From Octopus vulgaris (Eukaryota), in contig OX597825.1 of the NCBI GenBank assembly GCA_951406725.2, forward strand, positions 34,100,001-34,164,000: a DNA stretch of 64,000 nt. The letters run 5' to 3'. The position numbers and the translations under genes were made by a program. The stretch's first letter is position 1. Each line of letters starts with the position of its first letter. The notes under the pieces were generated by a model, which had not been told where the DNA came from, did not search any database, and worked only from the letters and a program-made list of their open reading frames with translations. Positions 26,780 through 39,190 of this stretch are shown one piece after another.

Positions 26780-28300
26780 TATACCATCTTCTTTACAACA
26801 TTCCAAAACAGTTATGAAATTCTAAATGTCTCTTGATTGATAATCTACTTTATACATGTATGAGTAACTGCTATACACTTGTGATTACCTCCATAAAGGC
26901 ATGTACAGGACTCAAAACTGGCTGAATTAGTGTTGATGTCAGAGAGAGAAAGAAAATACGCACATTTGCATTATTCTCACTCTCTCTGAAGGAGAGATTG
27001 TTAATTGTGGGCAGACTCAAACTGCAAGAGTAAGTAAATCAATGTCTTTCTACTTAGGATTAATTCTCAAGTCTCCTTCTATCATCTGAATAGGATGAGA
27101 GAAAACCCAGAAGAGGAATTCATGAAACTCATTTTTATTGTTGGCTTATCATGAGCAGAGGTAAAGCTGAAATATTTAGATCAATTACGACATCATTCTA
27201 AAATTAAATATACTAAAATAGCAGCTCTTACATCCACAATAGAATCAGAAACACTATTTGCAAGCAATTGACAGCTTACATCAGTAACAACAACTAACTT
27301 TAATGTTAACAAAAAGATTGCTAGCAGCAGCAGTCGTAATATCGTTAGTATAGTGAAATATCGGAATTGTCTGGGGGACACATAAAATGCATGAATATCC
27401 AGCATATGGGAAAAGATGTCACAAATGTCGGAAAGTAGGGCGTTTTGCAAGATTTTGCCAATCTAAATTTGTGTGTAACGTGTATAACGTAAATGGGTTT
27501 CCAAGTAAGGCTGGTTTTAAAGTTGGTTTTAATCAAATGCTAAATGTGAGCAGGTAGATAACCTTGATTTTTGTAAATGACAGAGACATTGGTATTTTGG
27601 TAATCATTCAAAACTGAATCACTGGATACGTGATTAGATATCACGAGTGAACCACCATAGTTTCACGTGATTGGTATCATTATTCACCAACTCATCAAGT
27701 CATCCAGCCATGAACGGTGACAATATGACGGTGGATACTGGAGTAGTTTGTTTGATAGTTCCATTTTCATTCACTTCACAATTTAACCTTTCAGTCAAAT
27801 CATGTTACAAACACTTAACCACTTTTGATGGTTCAGATCTAAAGGGGGTTGGATCAATCCTTGTAAAATTTGAACTCATTGGTACAGAGGAATCTTGTTG
27901 CTTTATTGTAGTAGATAGCATTTACACTTTCGGACTGCTTGGAGAGTGGAGGCACATGGCCTAGTGGTTAGAGCAGCGAACTCACGGTTGAGGGATAGCG
28001 GGTTCGAATCTCAGACCAGGCGATATGTGTGTTTATGAGCGAAACACCTAAGCTCCATACGGTTCCGGCAGAAAGTAATGGCGAACTTCTGCTGACTCTT
28101 TCGCCACAACTTTCTCTCACTCTTTCATCCTGCGTCTTGCAGCTCACCTGCGACGGACCGGCGTCCCGTTCAGGTGGGGAAACTATACGCCAAGGAAACT
28201 GGGAAACCGGCCCTTATAAGTCAGGCATGGTTCTAGAAGTAACAAACTGATTGGAAAAGATATTATTAAGGACAGCTCATTTTGTTTTAAGTTAAACACA
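26780..28300 (+). mobile_element. Decayed second Ty3/Gypsy internal region (gag zinc knuckle + aspartic protease)
   Basis: PAYGKRCHKCRKVGRFARFC at ~27396-27460; ORF 27671-27964 with VDTG and GLLG, continued as KDII after the SINE insertion; remnants may extend to ~29300. Confidence 0.75.
27948..28247 (+). mobile_element. tRNA-derived SINE (family C) inserted in the Gypsy protease
   Basis: A box tggcctagtgg, B box ggttcgaatc; interrupts the LLG-KD motif with a ttgga duplication. Confidence 0.8.
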
Positions 28301-29696
28301 AAAACTTTAACAGAGGTTAAATGTGTAGCAAGATTTGAAACCAAATGACCAAATTGCCAAGTTAAAGTCCCCGCTTAGCAACAGCTTTTTCATGTGATCA
28401 GCCAAGTTATGGAACAATCAGCAACAAGACATCATGTGATGTATATTTCTAGAAGCTGCTAGAACATCGCTTTTACAAAGCTTATATACAGGCACGTTTT
28501 GAGCACCAAACTTTCAGCTAGTGGCTGCCCTAAGCTAAGCAAACAATATTCTTTGCTGCTCTAGGCACAAGGCCTGAAATTTTGGGGGAGGGGCCAGTTG
28601 ATTAAATTGATCCCAGTATGCAACTTAATTTATCAACCCCAAAATGATGAAAGGCAAAGTCGACCTGAACGGAATTTGAACTCAGAACATAAAGGCAGGT
28701 GAAATACCACTAAGTATTTTGCCTGGTGTGCTAACTTTTCTGCCAGCTCACTGCCTTAAGTTAAGCAAACCTTTCTGACATTTTTCTGCTTTTAACAATC
28801 ATTCTCATGACTTAAACTCAGTCTGAATATTTTGTCCTGTCCTAGCCGCTTAATTACAGTGCCTTCTAATCAACTATTTGTAATAACTACAGAATTGTTC
28901 TACCAGCGTGTAAATTTTGTTGTCACATTTTTTAATTCAGGACCTACAATGGAAATATGCGGTGAAATAAAATTATGTTAATTGTTCATGAGTGTTGTGC
29001 ATTCATTATATGCAGTCTGAACCCAACTCGACTGCCAGCATTTCATATTATTCATTCTATATCTATTGAAACAACGGTTAACACCACCTTGCGGCAAAGG
29101 CTTTGTTGCTCATATTAAATGCCAGGATGTGATTTAGCGTGATTTGTTCAGCAAAACATGTTCTCATTAATTTAGAAAACAAAGTCAAAGATGTGTTGCA
29201 GAGGTTGGAAGTGGTGAGTACTATTACTCCGTCAGATTACCCTGGAATCAGATGTACCTTAATCATGATCTGGATAATTAAAAAAGAATGTGTTTCTTCG
29301 TATGTGTGTTGATTACGAGGCACATTTAACTGCACATATTGACACCTATTCTTTTCCCATATCATTGATTGATACTATATTCTCTAGCATGACAGATGCA
29401 AAAGTTTTCTCATCTCTCTATTTAAAGCATGCGTTTGGCAAATACCTTTAGCTGAGGATGCAAGATGTGTTTGTACTATCAATACAACCAATGGTTTGTA
29501 CTTAGTCAACAGACTTCACCTAAGTCTTAAGCATTAAAGTGGTATATTTCATAACTGTATAGAAACTTTACTGAAGGGGACTGACACGATATCCTCATCT
29601 ATGCTAGTAACGAATCAAAATTAATGAGCAGAGAGAATGTGGTAGTCACAAGTTTAACCAGATATTTTCAAAGAAAACAAAGAGAAGTTATTTTCT

Positions 29697-30165
29697 ATTA
29701 AGGTTGTCCCATAAGTTCTGAGCATTTTTTAATATGTGAAAGGGGATATAAAATTGACCTTTCAATAAATTCTATTAAATGAAATAATTTCCATTATTAT
29801 TAATGACCTTTGCCGATCTATCAGGTAATTTAAATATTCCATCAGCATAAAATTTGACCAGTTTTGGATACAAAGTTATCTAGATGCATTCTGACTTCAT
29901 CTAAATCATCAAATGCTTTTTCTTGCAATGAGTTCTGTAGAGACAAAAAAATGGTAGGTGGATGACACAATGTCAGGAGAATATGGTGGATTGGGTAAGA
30001 GATCTCAGCCAAATTTATGTAAGTTTGTTTGGGTAACTAAAGACATATGTGGTCATGCATTGTCTTGTTGGAACATTACTCCTTTCCTGTTGACAATTTG
30101 CAGCCTCAATTCTTTGATTTTTTGGTTCAAATTAGCTAGCTGACAAAAGTACACATCAGAATTAA
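29697..30165 (-). mobile_element. Mariner transposase 3' remnant
   Basis: TA + ttaaggttgtcccataag end; minus strand HDNA.PH and PPYSPDIV motifs. Confidence 0.75.
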
Positions 30166-30559
30166 TGGCAGGGCTGGATTTATAGGGGGTCGTAGAGGGC
30201 AACTGCCCTGAACATCCACTAGATATAGGGCTCTCCTGCTATGGAGGGTATGTAGCATTCAATACAGGGATCACCCACCTTTCAGCAACCTTACACACGG
30301 AGGTTCTCTTTCAATAAACAAACATAACTTAGAAAATGTAATAGATCTTTTTTTTTTTACAAATAACCATAGTTTTAACTACATTAGTGACATCCATTCA
30401 TTCAATTAAAAACACTTTACTACCTATTCCCAAAGCAGCCATGATTTCCATGGGAAATAGATAGCAGTTCCTTTTGGGACATTGACAGAAAACAACAAAA
30501 CATTCCAAAAAGTGTATGCATTTGTGCATGTGTGAGTGTGTGTGTATGTGTGTGAGTGT

Positions 30560-30595
<36 letters not shown>

Positions 30596-30782
30596 GGATG
30601 TATATAAAGGCAGATAAAGCGATTGATAGAAAGAAGTTACTTGTTGTCTCTAATTCAAATTCTTTCTTTCAGTGCATGATTGACCACTGGCCATTAAACA
30701 CACACACACATATTGCCATTGTAAACTTCCTTATTTTAGTGAGGCATTGAAAACTGGTCTTATCTTATGAAAGAGCAAGTAT

Positions 30783-31700
30783 GTATCAGGCTGAGTAAAA
30801 AGTAAGCAACGTTTTGAAACATGAAATTCATCACACTTTATTTCAACAATGCAGGAATTTTATTCATCAAAGTAAGTACCATTACAGTTAGCATAATTTT
30901 GCCGACAAGTTACAAGTTTGTTTGTTCCACTAACATAAAAATCTGGAATTCTGGAGCTGATAAACTCTTTGGATTCACTTTCAGCATTTGTTTGATTTTT
31001 GAACTCCTTCTCTCATAGGACACAATCAAGGTGCTTGAAAAAGTGGTAGTCAGCAGGAGGAAGGTGTGGAGAATAAGCTGTGTGGGGAAGAACTTCGTAG
31101 CCAAGTTCTTACAACTTCTGGAGTATCATTAGTGAAACGTGCAGTTAAGCATTGTCGTGAAAGATGATTGACCTTCTTCTGGGCTGGAGGAGTGGCAGTT
31201 TTTCGTTCATTTTGGCAATTTCATGGCAGTATGTCTCTGCAGTAATGGTTTTTCTAGGTTTAAAGAAGTTATAGTGGATGTGTCTAGCAGTACACCACCA
31301 AACGGTCACCATAACCTTCTTTTTGAAGAGCTTGGGTTTGAGAAGGTTTTCAGTGCTTCATGTTGGTCCAACTACTGCAAAGAACGTTTTTTATTATTGT
31401 ACAGAATCCAATTTTCATTGCAAGTTACAATTTGGTCAAGAAATGGATAGGTCTGGTTACAGAGAAGCAGCAAGCAAATTTCATATCTGCACATTTTTTG
31501 ATTTCCATTCAAATCATGTGGTAAGCATTTGTCAAAACTTTTTGATTTTCCAATCACATACAAATGGTTGCAGGCAGTTTTCTGGGTAACTTGAAGTTCA
31601 TTTGCCAGTTTCATGTGGATCTTTCTCAATGACGGTCTTTAGTTGATCGTCATCGATGACAGATGGGTGTCCAGGCAAGTCTATGTCTGTGTTATCAGAC
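30783..31700 (-). mobile_element. Decayed mariner element
   Basis: ORF 31372-31629 with HTH and FLDQIVTCNENWILYNN (catalytic-domain start); C-terminal remnants at 30850-31150. Confidence 0.8.
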
Positions 31701-32609
31701 AATTGCAAAGAATGTTTTTAAAAAATTCAAAACTCTGCAAAAATCCAGTACAAATTCTTCATGGTTCATAATGTTGCTTACTTTTTACTGAACCTGATAA
31801 CATGTTACAAAATTTAAATTTTGAATTTAGTTTTAATTATAAAATTACATCTCTCAACACCTCAAATCATTTCTTTTTCAGCTTTAGAATTAATGGCATA
31901 TGGCATTTCAAAAGAATTGTTCTTGCTATTGTGAAGACCTATGAGAAGACCAAAACTCATATGTTGTCATCTGATGGAGAAAGGGAATTTTATTGGAATA
32001 GCTGTCCTATATATGTTGTAATGGTCACAGTTGGGACGTCTTTGATTATATCTGTTCCATCAGATTGGATCAAAGATGTCTCAACTGTGACCATTCCATC
32101 TTTCTACCCAGACATAGTGGACTCTATGTGTTTATCACAGGATAGAGGTTTATTTTATTCTGTATATATAAAAGCTTGGCTATTTTTTCTAGCAGGTCAT
32201 GCAACCACATACAGGCTCAATGGTTGGTCTGTCTCAGTAATAGTTTTATTGTTATTTAGCCTCAAATCAACCCTGATACAGCAAACCTATGTTGCTATAA
32301 AAACATCTCTGGTTATTAAAGAAGGGTTTTGTTAGGGGAGTGGACACGGAAGTTGTTGTTCGCAAAAAGCAGCGGTGATTTTCTTCAGCTGAATACACGC
32401 CATTAATTGGGTAAAATTACCCAAATACGACAACTTTAACACAAAATAAATTCTAAAATACAGAATTTTGTCAAAAACATTAAGAGTAAACTCTGTTCAG
32501 TGTGACACATTCTACCAGTATCCGAAGTTTCAAAGTGTTTAGTTACAAACAAATTCATTAAAAAATCTGTTGGTCAGATTGAAAAGATCCATTTCTCTAA
32601 TTATAAAAA

Positions 32610-33852
32610 AAAAAAGATTAAGAAAATAACAAGAACTCATTAGTGTTGGGGTATTTGCTGTTTCAGTTCTTTGTCTTTCGTATAGAAATATGTTTCTTTT
32701 GACATTTGAAGTGAATAATCATATTTATTTGCACTGTAAAGTACTTCACACATAACCATCAATTTATCATATATAATGTATATACACAGCTGATAGGCCA
32801 ACTGCTGCCGTTTTTATTCAAGAAAGACATCTCTTATGGAGATGCTGTTTAAAAACATTATGTTGGAGGGAGATGAAAAATCATTCCAAGAAGTTCAAAC
32901 AGCATCCAGTGTTCTCACTAGCCACTGCCGGAATGACTTTTCCACTACCATTCGGGGGGTGGGGGGCATGTACATGCATGTGTGTTTGTGTGTGTGTGTA
33001 TCTTTCACTGAAGTTTATCAGCTAAAACAGCTGGTGCTTGTCAACAAGGCTTTGTGTTTATATTTGTTTGGTGCCATGTTACACACTTCCTTGGTTGTTC
33101 TCACCATCAGGATGTGAGGGAATCTGGGATTGGACAGTTGGACAAAGTTATTATTAAAAAACTAAAATATAAAACAAATGAAATAATCATATGTTAAAAG
33201 CCACTTGTGCATTTCATATGACACTCCTTAATTTATTTAAAAGGTGACAAAGTTATTAACAAACATACTCGATTATTCAAATAAATTTCAGTTGTCTGAA
33301 TTAAGACAACACCAATAAGAATGCAACAACTGAAAACTGTCTAATATTAGACTTGTCAGTTTAAATATAGATTTTCCTGTTCCTCCTCTCACTTTTTTTT
33401 TACTCATCTCTTTTTATTTTAAGTAGCCTTCAGTAATTCGGGCATTAAAGTAATTTCATTAATTATTTTTTTAAAAATTAAGAAAAAGAAAAAAACAACT
33501 TATTAGTGTTGGAAAATTTCAGTTCTTTATCTTTTGTAGAGAAATATATTTTGTTTGACATAAGAAGTAAATAATCATATTTATTTGGCTTTGAAAGTAT
33601 TAGCTACTTCACTTTCTTGAAATTTAAAACAAACGGTGTTGTTTAGTTTCAAACTTCACACACAACCATCAATTTATCATACTTAATATATATACACCAT
33701 TGATAAGCCAGTTGCTGCAGGTTTTATTCAAGAAAAAATCTCTTATGGACGTACTGTTTAAAAACACTGTATATCGGAGGGAGAGAAAAAGTCATCCCAA
33801 GATCAAACAGTATCTGTTGTTCTCACTAGCCGATGCAGGAATGACTTTTCCT
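32610..33852. repeat. Local diverged duplication (~32610-32945 vs ~33475-33852)
   Basis: Shared ttagtgttgg, aataatcatatttattt, aaccatcaatttatcata, ttttattcaagaaa, tgttctcactagcc, ggaatgactttt. Confidence 0.8.
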
Positions 33853-34187
33853 CTCCCAACAACATATATATATATATTGGAGTGGTTGGCATTAGGAAGG
33901 GCATCCAGCCATTGAAGCCATGCCAAATCAGACAGAAGATTGGTGCAGCCTATCAGAATAAAAGCCTTGGTCAAACTGTCCAATTCATGACAGCATTGAC
34001 AATGGACATTAAATGATGATGATAATGATGATGATGTTGGTGTGTGGTAAGAAGCTTGCTTCCCAACCACATGGTTCTGGGTTCAGTGCCACTGCGTGGA
34101 AACTTGGACATGTGTCGTCTACTATAGCCTCAAGCCAACCAAAGTTTGTGAGTGGATTTCGTTGACAGAAACTGAAAGAAGCTCATC

Positions 34188-34230
<43 letters not shown>

Positions 34231-34461
34231 TATATATATGTATATGTATGTATGCATTTGTGTCTGTGTTTGTCCACACTACCATTGCTTGACAACCGAT
34301 GTTGGTGTGTTGGTGAGTTTACATCCCCATAACTTAATGTTTCAGCAAAAGGGACCCATAGAGCTTACAAAGAATAAGTCCTTGGGTCAATTTATTCAAC
34401 TAAAAAGCGGTGCTCCAATAAGGCTGCAGTTAGATGACTGAAACAAATAAAAGAGTAAAAG

Positions 34462-34512
<51 letters not shown>

Positions 34513-35719
34513 AATTACAAATTGAGATAGGGGTTGTGAGTGCAACCCACCATGGGATAACATGTATCCAATATACTGCTAGTAAAGCACCCAACAAAGC
34601 TAATACATAAATGTTAAGAATTGTGATGCAATTACTTCATTCACCGTATTATATGGGCAAAGGTAAAGAAAAATGAGAAACAATTTAGTTTGTTCATCAA
34701 CTTTCGGATATTAGAATGTTGAATTATTTATTCATTTAACAAAATGAGAACCTTAAGAGCATACATATATACCTTATAATTCAATACATATAAGATAAAA
34801 ATGCAAATTATAAAAATCATAATATAAATTATTGAAATCATTAAAATCATTCCTTACAGCTGTTTCACCATATGGTTAAAAGTATTTTTTTATTGCCTAT
34901 AGTTGTCAATTATATTGAGGTTGTAGGCATTTAAGAATAGGGTACTTATATATATATAACCATAGGCCTCGTCAGAGATTATAAAGAACTCCAAAAATAT
35001 TAATACATGAAACAGGATAGACGTATAATTAATATATATAAAAAATATGAACAAATATCCATATAGACTTATACATATACATATATACATACATAAGCAG
35101 AGTATATATACTTTTACATGTGTAAAAATACATAAATAAACACAATTAAACTATAGGTCCAAGTAAATAGACCATTCATCATATACATATATATACATAT
35201 ATACTGGAACATATAAACACGTCTATGCTCATGACTACATAAACAATAATCAATTATTAACAATATTATTATTATTATTATTATTATATTTATCAATGAT
35301 AACAATATTATTAAATTTATAGTAATCGTCACTTGACAATACATATTATAATAGATTCTAATATATATCAAATATTACGATACAAGATAAACAATTTACA
35401 ATCCATACAAACAAATATATATATGTATATAAATATATAAAAAATATACAGTTAGACCATGGCTTTTGGTATAAAGTTCTTCTTAATATATACAGGTTCA
35501 TGCGTGTCGGTAACAAATAGAAGCAACATGTACATGTATTTATATATGCACGAATATACACCAATATCAATATGAGGATTTTTTTTCTTTTCATCAAAGT
35601 TGAAGTTAAAATTATACTTAAATTTGTATTTTTATCCAACAAATTAATATAGTATCATAGAATAATTCCATTATCCCTTAGTGGGTTGCACCCTTAACTC
35701 CTAACTTACTTTGTGTTAT
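34513..35719. mobile_element. Non-coding Penelope/retrozyme-like element with inverted termini, inserted in (TA)n
   Basis: 34513-34560 is an imperfect reverse complement of 35672-35719; contains the hammerhead motif at 34852-34978; same family as 44147-44888. Confidence 0.6.
34852..34978 (-). ncRNA. Type I hammerhead-like motif with ~100-nt extended helix II
   Basis: Minus strand: uct-CUGACGA-g-GCCUAUGGUUA...UAACCAUAUGGU-GAAA-CAGCUG-UA-agg. Confidence 0.6.
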
Positions 35720-35798
35720 AAAATATATGTGACTGTGTGTGTACCGTTGGTGATTTTTTTCGTCCATCTTCATTTCTTTGGATCTTTCCTTTTCCTAT

Positions 35799-35833
35799 GT
35801 TTCTGACGAAGAGCTCCACTCGAAACGTTAAAC
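35799..35833 (+). ncRNA. Minimal type I hammerhead ribozyme (Penelope-type) with intact core
   Basis: GUUU-CUGACGA-A-GAG-CUCCA-CUC-GAAAC-GUU^AAAC: stem I GUUU/AAAC, stem II GAG/CUC, palindromic ACGU stem III. Confidence 0.8.
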
Positions 35834-36077
35834 CCTCCTTCTTTCCTTCTTTCATGAGCGTTCAATAATACTATACTTGTTCAACGTCTTTGCGTTGTTG
35901 TCTTTTCATGTTTGGATTAACTTTATATATGTATATATTACGGAGATGTACTTGCATAGCAAGTGACTTGATCTGAGATCGTGTGCTGGAACGAAAACAA
36001 TTGCAGCGTGGAAGGTGTTTATAAGCCATTTAAGAAACACACAAAACCGTTAGATTCACTTCAACATTTAAATTTAA

Positions 36078-36128
36078 TTTGTCAAAATATTTCCGTCGCT
36101 TTGAGACCGCGACCTGTTCACTGACAAA
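36078..36128 (-). ncRNA. Hammerhead-like motif with compensatory G3-C8 core
   Basis: Minus strand: UUUGUCA-GUGAACA-G-GUCGC-ggucucaaa-GCGAC-GGAA-AUAU-UU^UGACAAA (7-bp stem I, 5-bp stem II). Confidence 0.6.
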
Positions 36129-36798
36129 ACTTCATGCTGCATATATATATACATATATATAAAGTGAGGAAGGCCAGTATATGGGATTACTCTGGGTTTC
36201 CCATCCATAAAGAGCTTAGCTTTATGGCGTATCATCAGGCCCCAAAACCTGTTGGCCTAAGAGTTCTTTAAAATAGGATTTACAAAGTAATCAAAATAGT
36301 ATATGTGAGCATATTTAGCTGGCCTGTGGACTTTTCTACTGCTCTTGGTAACATGAGCTGGGGGGAATGTAATAACTGGTGTAGTATTCTTTGTTGTGTC
36401 AGAGGAGTGTGTATGTTGTGTGGAAGTATGTACAAGTGTTGTGGGTGGGGAAGTGAGGTACTGTTGCTGGGAAGGTGACTCAATAAAAGCCTACTTCACA
36501 CAATTTATGCTAACAGTCCGATGTTTCCCTTAAACGTCTAAAACCATGAACTTGGCTTTTAATTTTAACACTCGGTACATAATTCCATCATGTAATTTTG
36601 CAATCAGTGGACAGTCAATTAGGGTCCAGTCAATTAGACTGACCTCAGTACATAGCTGGTACTTAATTTATCAACCCTGAAAGGATGGAAAGCAAAGTCG
36701 ACCTCAGTGGAATTTGAACTCAGAATATAAAGACAGACAAAGTATCACTAAGTATTTCACCCTGCGTACTAGCATTTCTGCCATCTCACCACCTGAGC

Positions 36799-38110
36799 TA
36801 CAAGTATATTAAATCTACTTTAGTTAATTATTTTCTTTTCCATGTTTGTCAATTTTTGAGATTATTTCTTGCTTTATTTTTATGAATAGTTATTTTTTAG
36901 TGGCTATGGATTTGGGAGGGGTATAAGTATAATGTTGTTTTTTGTATATGCCTAGAATTGGAGTATATTCAGTAATAGGGGCTGGCTGGTTTTCTGATTC
37001 TGAATATGCATTAGGATCTGTTTGTGCAATTGCTCAGAGTATTTTATGAGGTTAGTACATCATTAATTTTAATAAGCTGGTTGTTATTAGTGGGTAGAAT
37101 TAATTTCTTTTATCCTTTTCTTCTTTTACTTGTTTCAGTCATTTGACTGTGACACCAACTTAAAGGGTTTTAAAAACTGAAGAAATTGCACCCAAGACTT
37201 ATTCTTTATAAGCCTAGTACTTATTCTATCAGTCTTTTCTGCCAAACCACTAAGTGGTGAGGGCAGCAGACAAACACAGTCACATGCAAAAATATATACA
37301 TATACATATATATATAATATATATATGATAGGCCTCTTTCAGTTTCTGTCAACTTTGGTTGGCCTGAGGCTATAGTAGAAGACACTTGCCCAAGGTGTCA
37401 CACAGTGGGACTGAACCCAGAACCATGTGGTTGGGAAGCAAGCTTCTTACAATATAGCTACACATATGCCTATTTAGTTAGGTTATTAAAATATCAATAA
37501 GTGTGTTGGTTTCTTTTTTTGGTAATTTTTCTATATTTATAATATGAGTCATTTCTAGTATTGCAGAGACTCATCAGACCCCATTTGATTTTGCTGAAGG
37601 GGAATCAGAATTAGTTTTTGGTTTAAATGATGAGTATGGGGCAGTTAGTCTTGCATTGTTATTTATGGCTGAATATGGGAACATTTTAATGCAGCGAGCT
37701 GGTAGAAAAGTTAAGCACGCTGGGTGAAATGTTTAGCAGTATTTCATCTATCTTTACATTCTGAGTTCAAATTCCACCAAGTCCAACTTTGCCTTTCATC
37801 TTTTCAGGGTCGATAAATTAAGTACCAGTTGCGTACTGTGATCTATCTAATCGACTAGTCCCCTCACTCAAAATTTCGGGCCTTGTGCCTAGAGTAGAAA
37901 AGAATATGGGAATATTTGGTTTATGAGATTTTTGTGTGCTGTTTTGTTCTTTGGGTGAGAGTTTTTCATTATTTCTAAAGAATTATCTGTTTCATTGGTG
38001 GTTGGATTGTTAAGGGTTTTATTTAATTGTGTTCATGCAAATTATCCTCAATATCGTTATGATTTATTAATGTATCTAATTTGGAAGAGTTATATGCTGC
38101 ATGCATATTT
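36799..38110 (+). pseudogene. ND1: NUMT: nad1 pseudogene interrupted by two SINEs (37107-37475 and 37691-37901)
   Basis: [67 protein letters not shown]; SINE TSD gaatatgggaa(c/t)attt at 37671 and 37902. Confidence 0.92.
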
Positions 38111-38781
38111 TTTATAATATATTATTATTAATATCAGGAAATCAATATTAGAAAATTCTTCAGAAAGATATATACGTGTGTAAAATAATTGTTGTACTAA
38201 AAATATAAATATATATAGATATATGAAAATATGTATAAGTATAACTATATAATATATATTAGTTTCAAAGTTTTGAATTAAGTTTTTAAAGAATCTTACG
38301 ATCATTTTGTGGAAGTGCTGTCTCTAAAAGGGAATCCTATATTGATAAGCATTTATAGACAACTCTTCTGTTCTTCAGCGATATAAAATTTGAATTTTAT
38401 ATAATATGATAAAATAAGTAATATGATAAAATGGTGTTTGGATGAAATACAAATTAAAAATTAAAAATTACTGTTTTTGATTTTGGTAAGTACACTTTAG
38501 TATGAGAGTCTTTAAATCCATATATGCTTCCTTGGAAAGTCTTCTGTAATAATCCATAATAGTTATGTGTAAAATCCATTATATTGTCCTGTATTGATAG
38601 ACTTATATAATATAGAATAATGGAATCCTATACTGATAAGCATTTATCGATAACTCTTCTGCTCTTCAGAAATATCAAATGTGAAATTTGTATAATTTAA
38701 CGAATCGTAGTTTATGCTGTATGTATAAATAATTTTAGTTCTTGTAAGGGGTTTTAGTAAATTGATATATTTTTCATAGAT

Positions 38782-38847
38782 GAAGAAATAGTTTAATTAA
38801 AATAATAAAATTGAAAGTTATAGATTAAAAGTAACTTTATTTTTTGA
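38782..38847 (+). pseudogene. NUMT: degenerate mitochondrial tRNA (positionally trnP)
   Basis: aaatagtttaattaaaataata..ttatagat tRNA-like pattern between nad1 and nad6; anticodon region mutated. Confidence 0.5.
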
Positions 38848-38848
38848 T

Positions 38849-38925
38849 ATGGCATTAATAATGTATTTTCATTTGGAGTTTTCAATTACTAGGATGTTAA
38901 TTAAATTCAGCCTTTGTGATTAGGT
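38849..38925 (+). pseudogene. ND6: NUMT: 5' end of nad6
   Basis: ATG right after the tRNA-like segment; IQPL..LG motif (attcagcctttgtgattagg) with frameshifts. Confidence 0.55.
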
Positions 38926-38929
38926 TTTA

Positions 38930-39190
38930 TGATCATTTTGATAGTATTGAATTTGGGGAGGATTTTTTTGTCGATGATGCTACTTTAAGTCGATTTTTTT
39001 TCATTCTTTGTTGCCCTTATTATTGTGGGTTTGGTTATTTCTATATTTTTTTGCTTATACATGAGGGGAGTTCAGGTATTCCTTTAGGCTTAAACAGTGA
39101 TTTAGATAAGATTCCTTTTCATCATTATCATTGATATAAAGATGTTTTAGGTTTTCTTTTCACATTATTTGCATTAGTTGAATTAAGTTT
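38930..39190 (+). pseudogene. CYTB: NUMT: internal cytochrome b fragment
   Basis: WGGF.VDDATLSRFF, HEGSS..PLGLNSDLDKIPFH, YKD..GF. Confidence 0.92.

Noticed and set aside
27948-28020. tRNA gene
   Set aside because: A/B boxes are present, but it is the head of a ~300-bp SINE inserted in a Gypsy protease; no proper cloverleaf
31802-32335. 177-aa ORF
   Set aside because: No recognisable domain or splice signals; overlaps degenerate repeats
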